Part shown: positions 1 to 37,252 of the stretch, piece after piece
Layout of the letters: the number at the start of each line of letters is the position of its first letter
Numbering within the stretch: the stretch's first letter is position 1
Assembly: GCF_001194135.2 (NCBI RefSeq)
Contig: NC_068981.1
Coordinates: forward strand, 146,583,803 to 146,621,054
DNA from: Octopus bimaculoides
Lineage: Eukaryota
Length of the DNA stretch: 37,252 nucleotides
Direction: 5' to 3'
The notes under the pieces: model-generated
Database searches by the model: none
Told to the model about the DNA's origin: nothing
Seen by the model: the letters and a program-made list of their open reading frames with translations, nothing else
Translations under genes and position numbers: made by a program

Positions 1-45
<45 letters not shown>

Positions 46-295
46 TATATTATATATATACACACATATACACAGACATGAAAGAAGTAAATAGACACCC
101 TTATCATCATTAAAATTTATTTAAATCTGGACTGCTGGGCCATAGAGTTACCCGGTTGTGGGGTACTGCCTTTTACCCCCCAAGTCATTTCTGATTAAGC
201 AGACCTATGATCAGAAGCCTTCCAGCCATTACCACCTTATCTTGTTTCAAGGAAAAGTCTATCTAGGACTATATCAATCAATGTGTCCCTCCTTT

Positions 296-521
296 TTAAC
301 CCTTCAGCATTTAAACTGGCCATATCCAGCTCAAATATTCCACTTGTTTTATGTTGAAAGTGACCATATCTTGCCTCTCACACCAACCCTGCAATGTCAT
401 TCAAAAAATAAACAATCACATCATAGAGGTCTCGATTCTACGAGAAAATGCAGGATTAATTCAAAACAATGTAAATAAATAAGCATTACATTTGACAGAA
501 TGGTCTGAATGCTAAAGGGTC
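296..521 (-). mobile_element. TTAA-flanked piggyBac-like MITE 'family D' copy
   Basis: ttaacccttcagcatt...aatgctaaagggtca; same internal sequence as 36392-36618. Confidence 0.8.
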
Positions 522-554
522 ACTGTTAGTAAGGTATGATTTGACCCTGTAGAG

Positions 555-935
555 TAGTGTTTCAAGCTTTTTACCTTTGCGTAATGCTTAAAATAAATTA
601 CATGTCTCAAGGAACCCTTGCACAAAAAGAATTATATACCATATCTTTCCCATATTTTTTTCATCATAGTTCACATGGTAAATATCGCTTGCATGCATAC
701 ATATGTACATACGTACATACATACATGTGGTTGTTATATTTTTTTTGATAACATAATAGGTTAGACAAGATGATATCTATATTACAATACTGTAGTAACC
801 AATAATATTTTGTGCATGTATAGTAACAGTACGATCATGAAATTAGCATTAGCTTATCTCACTCTTTCTCATGGAACCCCTAGAAACGTTTTGCAGAACC
901 CTAGTGTTCCAGAGAATCCCGGTTGAGAAACGCTG
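555..935. mobile_element. hAT (Charlie-like) MITE with a perfect 8-bp TSD
   Basis: TSD ctgtagag at 547-554 and 936-943; right TIR ggttgagaaacgctg; degenerate left TIR tagtgtttcaagc. Confidence 0.75.
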
Positions 936-1072
936 CTGTAGAGATTTCATTGTGTGTGGGTGTGGGCACAAGTTTGTACATGTGTGTGTGTGCAGTGATA
1001 AGTTTTTGTGAGTGCAACTGTGCATGCATGCATGCTTATATGTTATTATATGCATCAACAAATAAAGTTTAC

Positions 1073-34013
<32,941 letters not shown>

Positions 34014-34756
34014 CTGTAAAAATGAAATAAATAAGAACACAAACAATATTATTTACATTGCACAAGGGTACTAATATTGTATAAGGTTATTAGTTTGCTG
34101 ACACCAATGACCAACTACAAATATCAGTAAATCAATGCAAAATACATGAAGAACACATTTAACAGCAAATAGCAAGAAAAACAAAAGCTGCCAGTAAATA
34201 AGTTAATACCAACAATTTGATGCCTTAGTGAAATTTTGTAAAATAAAGCAATAAGTTGATTTTGTGCTTAGTTCCAAATATTACTCAATAGACTCAATAA
34301 TCTGTTGTTTTCACAAGAGAAGATTTGAAGCTTCATTTTAAAGTGAATAGATATTTACCAAACTATCAATGAAGAACGACTACAAAAAACTACTCAGATT
34401 CTCCTTTCTTTTATCTGTGATATTAAAGTATGAACTTTCAGAATATCTACTTATCTATGAAGAACTACTATAAACTCTCACATTCCTGAATTTCCTATTC
34501 TTCTGCTTAATTTATATGTATCTTTTACACTCATTTCTGTATATCCATTTTATAAATGCTTCAATGCCATTAACAACTGCCTGTCAATATTTTATTTTAT
34601 TGTGCTTTCATTAACCCAACTGGAATATTGCCTATAGCTAACTCTTGTCAACCTATATTCTGTTTCCTTTCATCCAATGCTGGATTTAAAGTTTCTGGCC
34701 CATTCTGAGTATTAACTGTCAGCATCTATCATGCTTTGTCTGACATATTTGCACCC

Positions 34757-34791
<35 letters not shown>

Positions 34792-34819
34792 GCACATACA
34801 TTTTTATGTTTTAAGTTCT

Positions 34820-34886
<67 letters not shown>

Positions 34887-35583
34887 GAGAGAGAAAGAGA
34901 GAGAGGGAGAGAAAGAGAGAGAAAGAGAGATGTTTATTGCTTCTAACTATGAACTAAAGATTAGCTAGAAAATGGCAAAACTTCTTTGGCACTAGTTTTA
35001 TTTCATTGCATAACTGCAAACAGTAGAAGTCATGAGACAATGACAGTGGTAATCACAATTGTAGAGTATAATATTTAGATTAATCCCTTTCAATTGAAAG
35101 CTGAAGGACTACCAAGTTAGATGTTACTTTAAATCTTTCTAAAGAGAGGACGGTGTCAATAAAATAAGTACTCTCAACACAGCGTTCCAATCAGAAAACT
35201 ATATTCTGCCCTTTGCTGAAAGAATATGCTCACAGATTAGATATAGAGGCATACACTCAGTATTCAAATCATAGTTGAGCTAGTAAACCACTCACTATAC
35301 AGACTCAGACAATCACTGTACAAACCAATGAGAGAATTTCTACATATCCATTTGATCTTCTAGAAATAATAGTTAAATCCCCCTCAAATTACACTTAGGT
35401 CTTAGGTGCATTATGTCTTTTGGAAATTATAAAGACTGAATGATCAGGCTTAAAATATCTTTGATTATAGGTCTGCTTCATAAGATCTGCTTGATAACAT
35501 GGGGTCAAATGACAACAACAGACACTGGTAATGTACAGACTGCCACTCTTAATGCACAGAAAACTGTTGTAAAAGTCTAAAGA

Positions 35584-35875
35584 ACCACCATCGATGCTCA
35601 ACCAACTGATCAATGCTCAGTCCCCCACTGTCAATGCTCAGACAACCACTGTCAATGCTTAGATACTCTTTGTAAATACTCAAACAACCACTGTCAATGC
35701 TCAGACAACCACTCAATACTCAGACATTATCCACTGTCAATGCTCAGACAGCCATTGTATCCACTGTACATGCACAGACAACCTGTATACATATTCAGAC
35801 AATTATTGTAAATGTCTAGACAACTACTATCAATGTTGAAACAATGACATTTAAATGTTCAGACAAACTGTAAAC
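35584..35875. repeat. 21-bp minisatellite (accactgtcaatgctcagaca), about 12 degenerate units
   Basis: caatgc/aaatac cores at 35611, 35632, 35653, 35674 and 35695, then irregular spacing. Confidence 0.85.
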
Positions 35876-36391
35876 ATGAATGCATATATAAACAAAAAAA
35901 AAAAATCCTCAAAATTAATTTTCATTACGTTTTCCAAAAAGAACAGAAATTCTTAGTCATAGAAATTTAACATAAAATAAATATTCAACAAACAAAAACC
36001 AAACTGAACACATTAAAACTGTAAGTTAGGCAACATTAATAACAACTACATATACATATATATATAGATACATATACACACATGTATGAGAATGGCGGGC
36101 AAGAGACAACATTGAGCATGAGTGCATTCATTCTTCTTAATATTCAAATAGCAGAATAACATTTTTTTAAATTGCTTTAAGCAGTTTGAGAGATAAATAA
36201 TACTGTTTAATAAAGAAGGTGACATTAGTTAAGGATATTAAGTTAGGAGTTACTATTGATCATAATTGTTATGTTTATAAGAAAGACAAAGAGAAGTTAT
36301 ATTAAGAGATATGATGAAAAAATTAAGACGTTGCCTTCAAAAAAGGTGAGATAGAAAAGAAGTTTTCAGTGAAGTGGCAGATCTAAAAGAT

Positions 36392-36618
36392 TTAACCCTT
36401 TAGCATTTAAATAGACCATATTTGGCCCAAATTTTCTACCTATTTTATGCCTAAACCAGTTAGATTTGGCTTCTCACATCTACTCTACACTGTCTTTCTA
36501 AAAATAAACAATCACATCAATGAAATCTCAAAGTTACAAAATAATTCATGATTAATTCAAGCCAATGTGAATAAAACAGCTTACATTTGACAGAATAATC
36601 TGAATGCTAAAGGGTTAA
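36392..36618 (-). mobile_element. Family D MITE with intact terminal inverted repeats (TIRs)
   Basis: Perfect TTAACCCTTTAGCATT ... AATGCTAAAGGGTTAA termini. Confidence 0.9.
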
Positions 36619-36698
36619 GAAATAACTGTAACTATTGCATGAGAATACAAATAATAGATTTCTTTACTGCATTTGTTTAAGTAAATATATATCTATAT

Positions 36699-36760
<62 letters not shown>

Positions 36761-36761
<1 letters not shown>

Positions 36762-37099
36762 ATAAGTTGGAGTCAACAAGAAGGAGTACAGTTGGACATT
36801 TATTTGTAATCACTACAATTGTTTCCAAACAACATAGTTCTCCAGGCTTGCAGGTATTTGGTTATGTAACTGTTTCCCTGCATTATGATAACTAGTTGTG
36901 TTTCTTCAGGCAATATATAAACATTGTCTCCTGAGGAATATATATATCACTTTAGGAAAAACAACTAGATCTCATGATACAGGGAAACAGTTACATAACC
37001 AAATACCTGCAAGCCTGGAGAATTACATTGCACGGAAACAACCGTAGTGATTACAAACAAATAGTCAACTGTATCCCTCCTTGTTGACTCCAATTTATT
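36761..37099. repeat. ~340-bp fold-back (long inverted repeat, arms ~150 bp, ~40-bp spacer)
   Basis: Arm 36761-36910 is the imperfect reverse complement of 36951-37099, with a perfect 41-bp core (36840-36880 against 36980-37020). Confidence 0.95.
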
Positions 37100-37252
37100 T
37101 AATTATCTATTCACATACTACAAAATCCCCAATGCAAATCTGGCAGTAGGTATAATACTACTACTGGATAGTACCAGATGAAATCTGAAGGCGAACAAGT
37201 TTTAGACTGTACTCTATTACGTTCTTAACAGAATATAACATAACAATATATA

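Noticed and set aside
35296-35359. Open 64-nt segment with tttctag / gtgagt sites upstream of the GVDWKSL exon
   Set aside because: It would change the conserved Gly of GVDWKSL to Ser, and its peptide (KIKWICRNSLIGLYSDCLSLY) does not resemble the expected upstream DEPDC5 sequence. The true upstream exon is probably beyond the window.

Overview
This is AT-rich, repeat-dense eukaryotic genomic DNA with four N gaps. The SINE, MITE and microsatellite families look like those of a coleoid cephalopod, probably Octopus; that assignment is recalled, not proven by the sequence. The whole window lies inside one minus-strand gene, DEPDC5 (yeast IML1), the scaffold subunit of the GATOR1 complex that acts as a GAP for Rag GTPases upstream of mTORC1. 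I read 14 coding exons by hand between 34013 and 1073. All have GT-AG sites and continuous phase, totalling 1827 nt (about 609 codons). They cover the SHEN domain, an Ala/Ser-rich linker, the DEP domain and most of the C-terminal domain; both ends of the gene lie outside the window. The introns carry at least four SINE-like families, TTAA-flanked piggyBac-like MITEs, hAT MITEs with 8-bp target-site duplications (TSDs), Tc1/mariner MITEs and transposase relics, LINE relics, minisatellites and long microsatellites. Nearly all long ORFs in the supplied track are microsatellite or N-gap artefacts. I found no demonstrably new biological system. The most interesting signal is the number of intramolecular inverted repeats close to exons, which could form pre-mRNA dsRNA for ADAR editing or back-splicing. 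A 50-bp satellite with a 100-bp higher-order period and a lineage-specific poly-Ala exon also stand out.
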